Source of the DNA: a virus
Lineage: Duplodnaviria > Caudoviricetes
DNA: 59,765 nucleotides
Reading direction: 5' to 3' (one strand)
Virus record (IMG/VR): IMGVR_UViG_3300037311_000053
Location: 1-59,765 of that record
Shown one piece after another: positions 1 to 6,879 of the stretch (the first letter of the stretch is position 1; each line of letters starts with the position of its first letter). The notes below the pieces were generated by a model. That model saw nothing but the letters and a program-made list of their open reading frames with translations, ran no database searches and had not been told where the DNA came from. Position numbers and translations under genes: made by a program.

Positions 1-175
1 ACCAACGGATAGATCCGACATCTTCGCCTAAATCCGGAACGAGGTCGAGTTCTCCGATGCGGTCGATCCAAGACCGGACAGCTGTTTGGCGCAAGGGTAT
101 GACCATAGCGTCCGCAAGTGCGACGCTGCATCCCACCCCAGCACTGGCAAAGCGCAAATCTTTGCCTTCAAACAT
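1..175 (-). CDS. Host gene, 5' part only; probable M23-family metallopeptidase
   Basis: Hand translation from ATG at 175: MFEGKDLRFASAG...GELDLVPDLGEDVGSIRW, open to the window edge, with a purine-rich RBS upstream. The DLVPDLGEDVGS..W segment resembles sphingomonad M23 N-termini (from recall); the catalytic domain is outside the window. Confidence 0.5.
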   Translation of the reverse strand, partial: MFEGKDLRFASAGVGCSVALADAMVIPLRQTAVRSWIDRIGELDLVPDLGEDVGSIRW

Positions 176-240
176 AAGCGACCCCTGTCCTAATCCAAAT
201 TGGACGGAATTTTATCCCCCATCTCCTGTGACGCGATATG

Positions 241-258
241 GTTAAAGTCAATTAAACG
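241..258. other. Left attachment site (core AAGTCAATT at 245-253)
   Basis: GTTAAAGTCAATTAAACG shares its core with 58804-58812; recombining the two gives attP CGTTTAA-GTCAA-TTAAACG, a perfect inverted repeat. Confidence 0.8.
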
Positions 259-297
259 CGCAACAAGAGATTTGCGGCAGAAAGTGCATTTTGTGCC

Positions 298-419
298 GGA
301 AAACCACCCCACGCAAACGCTTGCATTAGCCGGATCGGGGAAAACTTTATGACCGCTAATATATTATTACAGGCGACAGACGCTAAACAGCCAGTTTCAT
401 CCGATTGCGCGGGAAAATC
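298..419 (+). repeat. Candidate integrase arm-type sites GGAAAA(C/T)(C/T)
   Basis: Copies at 298, 339 and 412, with matching copies at 58748 and 58759, on the phage side of each att core. Confidence 0.45.
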
Positions 420-473
420 CTGCACGGATAATGGCGCTATTCATGCACCTGTGGGAAATGGGGGGATGGTGTG

Positions 474-737
474 ATGGAAGACGAATTCCAACATAAACTA
501 TCTGCTCTAGTCTCAAAGCAACTATGTGGTGACGCGGACGCGGTTGGAACTGCCATAGAGCGGCTGACAGATGCGCTTGGTTTGGCTGTCGCAGTTTCTT
601 GCGGCGGGGACATAACGCGGGCCGATGATATGCTTATGGGGGTTGATAACTACTTAGCTGAGTGCGTGGCCAATCATGCCAAGTTAGCGGCCTTTATGGC
701 TCAATGTCGCCCCACCCCCAAGCAACCCCTAACATGA
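474..737 (+). CDS. Hypothetical phage protein
   Basis: ORF with G-rich RBS; first gene inside the left att site. Confidence 0.6.
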   Translation: MEDEFQHKLSALVSKQLCGDADAVGTAIERLTDALGLAVAVSCGGDITRADDMLMGVDNYLAECVANHAKLAAFMAQCRPTPKQPLT

Positions 738-783
738 AAGGAATGGAAGATGGCTGACATCGCTAGTTTAAAGGCTGCGGGTT

Positions 784-999
784 ATGAGTGAAGCTTGCGG
801 CGCATACACGGGCGACACCATTTGCGCCAACGGCTTCTTGTCGGTGAACGCAATTTGTAGCGGGCGGTCAAAGATAGGTTGCCGAGTCTGCGGCACAATA
901 ACCAGGCTTCCGCCTTGCCTGAACGAGAATGAAATCAAGTATCATGCCGATGATGCTGGAATGCCGAAATTGGCGCACTACAGAAAGGCCAAGAAATGA
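784..999 (+). CDS. Small Cys-rich hypothetical protein
   Basis: CxxC motif; ATGA coupling to the next ORF. Confidence 0.45.
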   Translation: MSEACGAYTGDTICANGFLSVNAICSGRSKIGCRVCGTITRLPPCLNENEIKYHADDAGMPKLAHYRKAKK

Positions 1000-1220
1000 T
1001 CGACCCTGAACAGATAGCGGCTAGCCTGACAGCGGGTGAGATAAAGCATCTTAACCGCCTCGCCACATCCAGCGCCCCGCTTGCGCGCAGAACTGGGTGG
1101 AAAGCGCGGGCAATCATGATGAAAGGATTGAGCGAGTGGGCTGACTATAAGGCTGGCACCGAACGCCTCACCGACCTCGGCCTAGCAGTCCGCGCCATTA
1201 TCGAAAGGGATAGCAAATGA
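996..1220 (+). CDS. Hypothetical phage protein, possible winged-helix
   Basis: Coupled ORF; C-terminal LTDLGLAVRA motif is common in alphaproteobacterial phage proteins. Confidence 0.65.
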   Translation: MIDPEQIAASLTAGEIKHLNRLATSSAPLARRTGWKARAIMMKGLSEWADYKAGTERLTDLGLAVRAIIERDSK

Positions 1221-1355
1221 CCAGCAACAACGGACGCCCAATACAACCGCACCGCCCCGACTTTAAGAAGCCAGCGCCAAGCCCCTATCCAGTGCTACCC
1301 ATCTGCAAGCACGGCATCATGGTAGGCCCATGTTCTAAATGTGAGGAGCATAGCA

Positions 1356-1556
1356 ATGGGAAGTGAGAGAGAGAAGATCGTGGCCGATGCTGAAACATGG
1401 TGGGCGCTTAAAATGCGGGAAAGCAAGTTTGTTTCGGCGCGGGTTGATGGAACTGGTCGTGTGGACGTTTGGTGGAAAGACGCCGACGAGAGCGGGGAAT
1501 ACACCCTTCCTGAAAACTTCCGTGACCACCTAACCACAGAAAGGACTGACAAATGA
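1356..1556 (+). CDS. Hypothetical phage protein
   Basis: GAGGAG RBS before ATG at 1356. Confidence 0.55.
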   Translation: MGSEREKIVADAETWWALKMRESKFVSARVDGTGRVDVWWKDADESGEYTLPENFRDHLTTERTDK

Positions 1557-1653
1557 CCTGGCTTCAAGCGATATTAGATAAATGCGCTGCCGAACTTGAG
1601 CGCCGCAAGGGTCAACCAATGTGGCTGAAAATCGGCCTCGGAAAGGACTGACA

Positions 1654-2040
1654 ATGGTTGAGCAGGTAGATAGGGATGCTGCGGCGGAGCAATATTTGGA
1701 GATGCTCCCATTTTCTACAGAGGAAGGCGCCAAATTCATACGTAATGGGAAAAATGACGAACTACCATTAGTCCAAGCCTTTGCCGCCCACCGCATCGCA
1801 GCCGAGGCGCGTGGGAAGGAAGCCGCTGCGAGGATTGCCAGTGAACACGCGGCAACGTGGGGAAAGCGTTGGCGCGAAAAGGAAGATGAAGGCGACAAAC
1901 CGGACATCTATCAGCACGGCAGACTGGCAGGACTTTCAGATGGTGCAGCGACTGTCGCAACCGCCATCCGCGCATCCATAGGTCAAGAGCATAGCAGCGA
2001 AGTCGAGAGGTTGCACCATTTGTTGCGTGAGTATCTTTAA
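1654..2040 (+). CDS. Hypothetical phage protein
   Basis: AAGGA RBS before ATG at 1654; LVQAFAAHR motif. Confidence 0.65.
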   Translation: MVEQVDRDAAAEQYLEMLPFSTEEGAKFIRNGKNDELPLVQAFAAHRIAAEARGKEAAARIASEHAATWGKRWREKEDEGDKPDIYQHGRLAGLSDGAATVATAIRASIGQEHSSEVERLHHLLREYL

Positions 2041-2128
2041 GCAGAGGAAATAGACGACCCAGCCACACGAATGGCGGAGTTGGCAGCTTGCAGGCAACTC
2101 GCCCGCGCAGCACTGAATGGAGGACAGC

Positions 2129-2380
2129 ATGGAACTGATTAACGACATTATCGCCAGCATCGACAACGAACCTAATCGCTGGAAGTGGTCTGGCCACACA
2201 TTCGACAGGGATGACGGCTTGAAAATTTGGCGGGTTAATATGCCCATTTTGGATATTGAACTATACGCACCTTTTCAGATGTCTCTCCCGCTTTCCGCCA
2301 AGTTTCGTATTTGGCGCGCAATGTGTCGGCACAAGAATATGCTTTCATTGGACGCCTATATGCGCGGAAGGGCATGGTAA
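2129..2380 (+). CDS. Hypothetical phage protein
   Basis: GGAGG RBS before ATG at 2129. Confidence 0.6.
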   Translation: MELINDIIASIDNEPNRWKWSGHTFDRDDGLKIWRVNMPILDIELYAPFQMSLPLSAKFRIWRAMCRHKNMLSLDAYMRGRAW

Positions 2381-2488
2381 TGGAGGCCAGCATGACGATT
2401 GAAGAAATAGCCCAGCTTGTTCTAATTGTTTTCTTGGGTGTGATAATGATCGCAATCTACCGCTCTCCACTCATCTGAAAGGCAACCA

Positions 2489-2806
2489 ATGACCAAAGAC
2501 GACGCGATAAAAGCGATTGAGAATTATCCCGCTACCCTGGAATTTAACGGGATGACATTCATCAACAGGGAAAGCGCAATAGAAGTCCTTAACGCCCTGC
2601 CCGATGCAGGATGGAGGGATATCTCCGAAGCGCCGAAGGATGGCAGTCGTATTCTCCTAGCCATGAAAGATAGGACCGGCGAACAGATGGTTTACGAAGG
2701 CAGATGGAACGATAAGAAGAAGCACTTTACTTCAACCAACGGCTTCTTGTTATTTGATAACTGCACCCACTGGATGCCCCTACCACCCCCACCGGAGAAA
2801 GCGTGA
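2489..2806 (+). CDS. DUF551-like phage protein
   Basis: WRDISEAPKDG...THWMPLPPPP signature. Confidence 0.8.
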   Translation: MTKDDAIKAIENYPATLEFNGMTFINRESAIEVLNALPDAGWRDISEAPKDGSRILLAMKDRTGEQMVYEGRWNDKKKHFTSTNGFLLFDNCTHWMPLPPPPEKA

Positions 2807-3117
2807 TGAAATGGAACCCGCCAAGTGAACGAGTGATGTTGGTGTTACTGTCACCGCTCATAGTGCCAGCCACCGCATTTCTTTTTATTGGGTTGCTACC
2901 GATACTGGCGGTATCTTGGCTGCAAGACCGCTTTGATCATAATCGCGGCCAGTGGCGGCAATGGTTTGCGTGGCGTCCAGTCTATTGCGACGGATTTTGG
3001 TATGACCAAAGGAGCAAATGGGTCTGGCTCGAAACGATAGAGCGCAGGGGTTTTTGGCTCGATAACTCAGAATATCGGCTAAAAGGATGGTCCTCAATCT
3101 ACCAAGGGAAAGCGTGA
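2803..3117 (+). CDS. Hypothetical membrane protein
   Basis: N-terminal TM segment plus WFAWRPV...WVWLETIERR phage motif. Confidence 0.7.
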   Translation: MMKWNPPSERVMLVLLSPLIVPATAFLFIGLLPILAVSWLQDRFDHNRGQWRQWFAWRPVYCDGFWYDQRSKWVWLETIERRGFWLDNSEYRLKGWSSIYQGKA

Positions 3118-3368
3118 TGGATATTATTGAACGGGCAGCGAGGCAGGCTTGTAAAGAAGGTGGCTTTGACCCTGACGAAATGATGCCGAATGATGGGCCG
3201 CGATGGAAATACTACGTGCCGAATGTCCGCGCCGTCTTATCCGCCATTCGTGTGCCTGATGAGGGGATGATTGAGGCAGGTAGCGCAGCAATACAGTCAA
3301 GCGGCTTTGTAGATGATGCCACAAAGCTAGGCTGGCAAGCAATGATAGACGCAGCGTTGAAAGGGTGA
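3117..3368 (+). CDS. Hypothetical phage protein
   Basis: TGATG coupling; PDEGMIEAG...WQAMIDAAL motif typical of phage early genes. Confidence 0.75.
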   Translation: MDIIERAARQACKEGGFDPDEMMPNDGPRWKYYVPNVRAVLSAIRVPDEGMIEAGSAAIQSSGFVDDATKLGWQAMIDAALKG

Positions 3369-3372
3369 TGTG

Positions 3373-3558
3373 ATGGATATTGAGCAGATTCAGAAAGCCG
3401 GTGCAAATGCTCGTGCGCTTGGGCGTGATAGATACTCTAACCCATATTACAAGGTCGAGCATATGCCAGTTAACACGGGCCAGACCTACGAAAAATGGCA
3501 GGCTGATATTGATGCTTGGGATTTGGGCTGGCAGATGGAAGATGCCTTGAAGGGGTGA
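3373..3558 (+). CDS. CrpP-related / ribosome-modulation-factor-like small protein
   Basis: GANARALG...NPYYK...AWDLGW pattern. Confidence 0.65.
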   Translation: MDIEQIQKAGANARALGRDRYSNPYYKVEHMPVNTGQTYEKWQADIDAWDLGWQMEDALKG

Positions 3559-3562
3559 TGGG

Positions 3563-3748
3563 GTGAAGCCGCCAATTCCTCCTGCATTTTGCAGCCATCT
3601 GCAAAAGATTGTATACGACACAGGAAGCACTACAACAGGCCGTTGCCCTCTTTGCGGAACGCGCATTACAGTCGTGGCTATCCGCAAGGAAGTGAAATAT
3701 GGCGAAACTTGGTCGCCAAAGATGCCGCCTGTCGAAGTTGGTGGTTGA
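3563..3748 (+). CDS. Small putative Zn-ribbon protein
   Basis: CSH...CPLC; last gene of the left operon. Confidence 0.4.
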   Translation: MKPPIPPAFCSHLQKIVYDTGSTTTGRCPLCGTRITVVAIRKEVKYGETWSPKMPPVEVGG

Positions 3749-4009
3749 CCGTCTTTCCAGTCTGTCAGCCGCATAGCGAGTGGCGCGATTGCTCCGCCTA
3801 ATCGAGCATCATCTAAACCGATCTCACCAAATCCACAACATCTCGTCGACGCATGAAATCGGTGCGCCGGCAAATCGTGCGCCTCAATCGAGAACCGCGC
3901 CAAATCCACGTACCGAGCCTAGGCAGAGTGCAACTTCAAACTATGCCAATGCTCAAAAAATGGGGCAGATGCTAAAAAAGTGGTTCTCCACCGCTTATCA
4001 TTGACATCA

Positions 4010-4345
4010 TCAATGGGTAGGAACCGTGTTTTTCTTGCGCCTCTTTGGCTTTTCTTTGGGCACTTCGATTGCATCGCTTTCAGGATCGACGGCGATGACG
4101 TGCACAAGCTGGCCATCGAGTAAGGGCAGGGCCGCAAGGTTAAACCCCATTGCTTTATAAACTGCAGTCAATGCGTTCCAGGTTGAGGCGCTACACTTTC
4201 CGCTTTCAGCGCTCACTAATGTCCTAAGGCTTAGGCCAGCTTTCGCGGCCGCTTCCCTTTGATCGATGCCAGCAAGGGCGCGCATTGCTCTCATAATAGC
4301 GCTTTTATCTGCCATTTTGCGCTCTATGTGTAGCGTTTGTGTCAT
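4010..4345 (-). CDS. XRE-family HTH transcriptional regulator
   Basis: RAMRALAGIDQREAAAKAGLSLRTLVSAESG helix-turn-helix; GGAG RBS before ATG at 4345; divergent from the accessory operon. Confidence 0.85.
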   Translation of the reverse strand: MTQTLHIERKMADKSAIMRAMRALAGIDQREAAAKAGLSLRTLVSAESGKCSASTWNALTAVYKAMGFNLAALPLLDGQLVHVIAVDPESDAIEVPKEKPKRRKKNTVPTH

Positions 4346-4596
4346 TTGCTTGTCTCCATACGGTGGATAGGTAGCATTTATTTGCATTTTATGTGCAATT
4401 AATGCTTGCAATCGCCGTAAATATATTTCAGTAAGGCGTCAACGGCAAAGAAAGCTCGCCTTTGCATATACACAATAGGGCAGATCAGTGGATAAGGCGG
4501 GGCCTTGGCAACAATGCGCCCCGCCACTTATTCCCCAAAGCCTTCGCAGCTTGTCCGATTGCGAAGCGTTCACTTGGGACAAAAGGAATTGAGCAA

Positions 4597-4821
4597 ATGT
4601 CACATTATGCACGTAAATTCGACAATCGTTTAGGCTTTGGGCGCGAACGCCTCACTATTAAAGCCTTTCCTACTAACGACGCATTGCATCGCTTTCTCAA
4701 TACACAAGGCAATGAATGGGGCGTTAGTGGCTACGGGCTAAAGGCTGGCACTTATGCCATGGCAGGCGGCAAATGGCACAATGTCCGCAAGTTGGATGCC
4801 ATGACGTTGGCGCATGTATGA
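4597..4821 (+). CDS. Hypothetical protein
   Basis: AAGGA RBS before ATG at 4597 (MSHYARKF). Confidence 0.7.
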   Translation: MSHYARKFDNRLGFGRERLTIKAFPTNDALHRFLNTQGNEWGVSGYGLKAGTYAMAGGKWHNVRKLDAMTLAHV

Positions 4822-4928
4822 TGCCCCGTCTATCCCGCGAAACATTGGAACAATTCGCAATCTGTCTTTTGATTGTGATTGTGTCCGCTTCCCTAACCTT
4901 TGGTGCAATTGGAGTAAGCCAGCCATGA
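4818..4928 (+). CDS. 36-aa single-TM peptide (not in ORF track)
   Basis: MMPRLSRETLEQFAICLLIVIVSASLTFGAIGVSQP; ATGA overlaps on both sides. Confidence 0.55.
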   Translation: MMPRLSRETLEQFAICLLIVIVSASLTFGAIGVSQP

Positions 4929-5212
4929 ATGACCTATCCACCTATGCGGCCGCCCTATCGACTAAAGCCGATATTGAGGCAATTTACACTAGGGCAAGCG
5001 ACGAATTGCGCGCCCTAGCAGGGGGCGGCCCTATGGGATTGACGCCCGATAGCGTTAAACAATCGCCAGAATTTAAAGCTGCTCAATCCGTTTTTAATTA
5101 TTGGCACGCCCGATTGAGGCAATTCAATGCGGCATTTATTCGCCAATACGGCAAGCAATATCATGCTGAATTGAGGGCGCAACGTGCCAGCTTATCGAAA
5201 GGGGGAAACTAA
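4925..5212 (+). CDS. Hypothetical phage protein
   Basis: GGAG RBS; GPMGLTPDSVKQSPEF motif. Confidence 0.75.
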   Translation: MNDLSTYAAALSTKADIEAIYTRASDELRALAGGGPMGLTPDSVKQSPEFKAAQSVFNYWHARLRQFNAAFIRQYGKQYHAELRAQRASLSKGGN

Positions 5213-5217
5213 CCAAA

Positions 5218-5288
5218 GCCGAAACGCGCGGCCATAGCGTCGCGCGTCTGGACGGATTGCCTAACCGTTCACTGATGAGGCAAGGCAA
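5218..5288 (+). ncRNA. Hammerhead ribozyme, type II, with loop I pseudoknot
   Basis: Stem II GCC 5218-5220 / GGC 5279-5281; GAAA 5221-5224; stem III CGCGCG 5225-5230 / 5241-5246; GUC cleavage after 5248; stem I UGGACGG 5249-5255 / CCGUUCA 5265-5271; CUGAUGA 5272-5278; loop UUGCCU 5257-5262 pairs with AGGCAA 5283-5288. Confidence 0.93.
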
Positions 5289-5302
5289 AAGGATTTTTAT
5301 TT

Positions 5303-5872
5303 ATGACGATTTTAACAGAACAAGAAACATTGCAGCGCGCGGCCGCGCGTCTCAATTTGACGGTTAAGGCTCAATTTGTCCCCTTTAGCGTTTCACGTTC
5401 AAAGGATCAAAAGGACAAGAATCTAAACTGGAAAGTGACGCTGCAGCGCGACGGCCGCGACATTATCGAAACGGATTATAGCGCCGGTCAAGGGCATTGC
5501 CCTAGCTATAAATCCCCGCCTAAATTTTCATCCGGCGCCGTTGATAAATGGAAGCATCGCAAGCAAATAGACATGGAATGCGAGACGGGGAAGCGCTGCA
5601 AATTTCAATATGAAAGCGCGCAATCCCTTAGCCCTATTTCCAGCCAGCCAATTGTGCCCGATGAATGCAGCGTTATCTATGCCCTAGTCATGGATTCCGA
5701 TGTTCTCAATTATTCCAGTTTTGAGCAATGGGCGGGCGATTTTGGTTATGATACGGACTCGCGCCAAGCCGAAAAGATTTACCAGGATTGCTTGGCGATT
5801 GCCCTAAAATTGCGCGCCGGATTAGGTGAGCAAGCCCTAAGCGAATTGGCGGCCGCTTGCCAAGATTATTGA
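5303..5872 (+). CDS. Hypothetical phage protein
   Basis: AAGGA RBS; FEQWAGDFGYDTDSRQAEKIY motif seen in phage early regions. Confidence 0.85.
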   Translation: MTILTEQETLQRAAARLNLTVKAQFVPFSVSRSKDQKDKNLNWKVTLQRDGRDIIETDYSAGQGHCPSYKSPPKFSSGAVDKWKHRKQIDMECETGKRCKFQYESAQSLSPISSQPIVPDECSVIYALVMDSDVLNYSSFEQWAGDFGYDTDSRQAEKIYQDCLAIALKLRAGLGEQALSELAAACQDY

Positions 5873-5941
5873 TCGAAACAATCGGCGCGCCTTGCCCTAT
5901 CGGCGGAATATGTGGCGCGCCCTATCATGGGAATTGAGACA

Positions 5942-6166
5942 ATGGATATTGCAACACAAATGGAGCTTTGCAACCAATTTGGAATTGTATTAGGCCGCGA
6001 TTTTCACGCGCTTAATTCGGATCAAGTTGAGCGCATTATAGCGGCTGCGGATTCGGTTAAATATCGCAAACCCAAAAGCGCTAACGGATCGCGGGCGCGA
6101 TATTTTTATCAGGCATTGCAAAGGGCGCACAATCGCCGTTGTCGCGCGCTCGGAATGAAAATCTAA
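5942..6166 (+). CDS. Hypothetical protein
   Basis: ATG at 5942 (MDIATQMELC); KYRKPKSANGSRARYF motif. Confidence 0.7.
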   Translation: MDIATQMELCNQFGIVLGRDFHALNSDQVERIIAAADSVKYRKPKSANGSRARYFYQALQRAHNRRCRALGMKI

Positions 6167-6216
6167 ACCCTATCGTGAAAATTCGGGCCAATGGGGCCCT
6201 ATCAGGAGAATTTGAT

Positions 6217-6582
6217 ATGTCGAAGTTTTATGAAGTCCGTTGCACCGCAAGCGCGGAAATAACAGAATTGTGGCGCGTTCAAGCCGATAGTGAGGATCAA
6301 GCGATTGAATTAATCGGGGAAGGGCAAGGCGATTTTATCCGTCAATGCGATGACGATGAAGAGCGCGATAGGCGCGACTGGCAAGCCGATGAAATTTTGC
6401 CGTATGAATATGAAACGCTTGGCCAATGGGATCAGATGCAAGCGGCCGCGCCCGATATGCTGGCGGCGCTGGAAGATGCCTATTCGGAATTGCTGGCAGA
6501 TAGCCATAGAGACGGGCCGCGGTGCCTTTTGCTTACTCAAATGGAGCGCGCCATAGCCAAGGCAAAGGGGCAAGGGGCATGA
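6217..6582 (+). CDS. Hypothetical phage protein
   Basis: AGGAG RBS lies inside a motif copy; AAAPDMLAALE...AIAKAKG phage motif. Confidence 0.8.
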   Translation: MSKFYEVRCTASAEITELWRVQADSEDQAIELIGEGQGDFIRQCDDDEERDRRDWQADEILPYEYETLGQWDQMQAAAPDMLAALEDAYSELLADSHRDGPRCLLLTQMERAIAKAKGQGA

Positions 6583-6770
6583 ACGCGCGTTACAAAAGCC
6601 GAATTGCGGCGAGCAAAGGGCGGCAAGAATTAGAATTGCTGGCCGCGGCTAAGCGCTTTGGTGACAGAGGAGCGGCCGCGTTTGTGGAAATAGCAAGGGC
6701 GCGACATAATGCGCCGATAACTTTGGAATATGCCGCGGATCTGATTAGCCGCGCAAAGTCTGCACCCTAG
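6579..6770 (+). CDS. Hypothetical protein
   Basis: ATGA coupling to the upstream gene. Confidence 0.6.
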   Translation: MNARYKSRIAASKGRQELELLAAAKRFGDRGAAAFVEIARARHNAPITLEYAADLISRAKSAP

Positions 6771-6784
6771 CGGCGCAATAGAAA

Positions 6785-6861
6785 AGCGAAACGCCCGCCC
6801 CCTTTCGTGGGAATATCGGGCGTCACTGGAGCAAGGCCGATTCCAGTCTGATGAGCTGGCC
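6785..6861 (+). ncRNA. Hammerhead ribozyme, type II (second copy, different stem sequences)
   Basis: Stem II AGC 6785-6787 / GCU 6855-6857; GAAA 6788-6791; stem III CGCCCG 6792-6797 / CGGGCG 6817-6822; GUC cleavage after 6824; stem I ACUGGA 6825-6830 / UCCAGU 6842-6847; CUGAUGA 6848-6854; loop GGCC 6835-6838 can pair with GGCC 6858-6861. Confidence 0.92.
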
Positions 6862-6879
6862 AAAATGGAGACTAAGACA

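Noticed and set aside
57-245. 62-aa + strand ORF at the window start
   Set aside because: It is antisense to the better-supported host gene starting at 175 and has no recognisable features.
176-300. tRNA, tmRNA or dif site as the integration target
   Set aside because: No cloverleaf or XerC/D consensus at either junction; the site is an intergenic promoter region.
3250-3270. Other CTGATGA heptamers (about 3255, 53551, 56976, 59423) as further hammerheads
   Set aside because: All lie inside coding sequence and I found no correctly placed GAAA, GUC and flanking stems.
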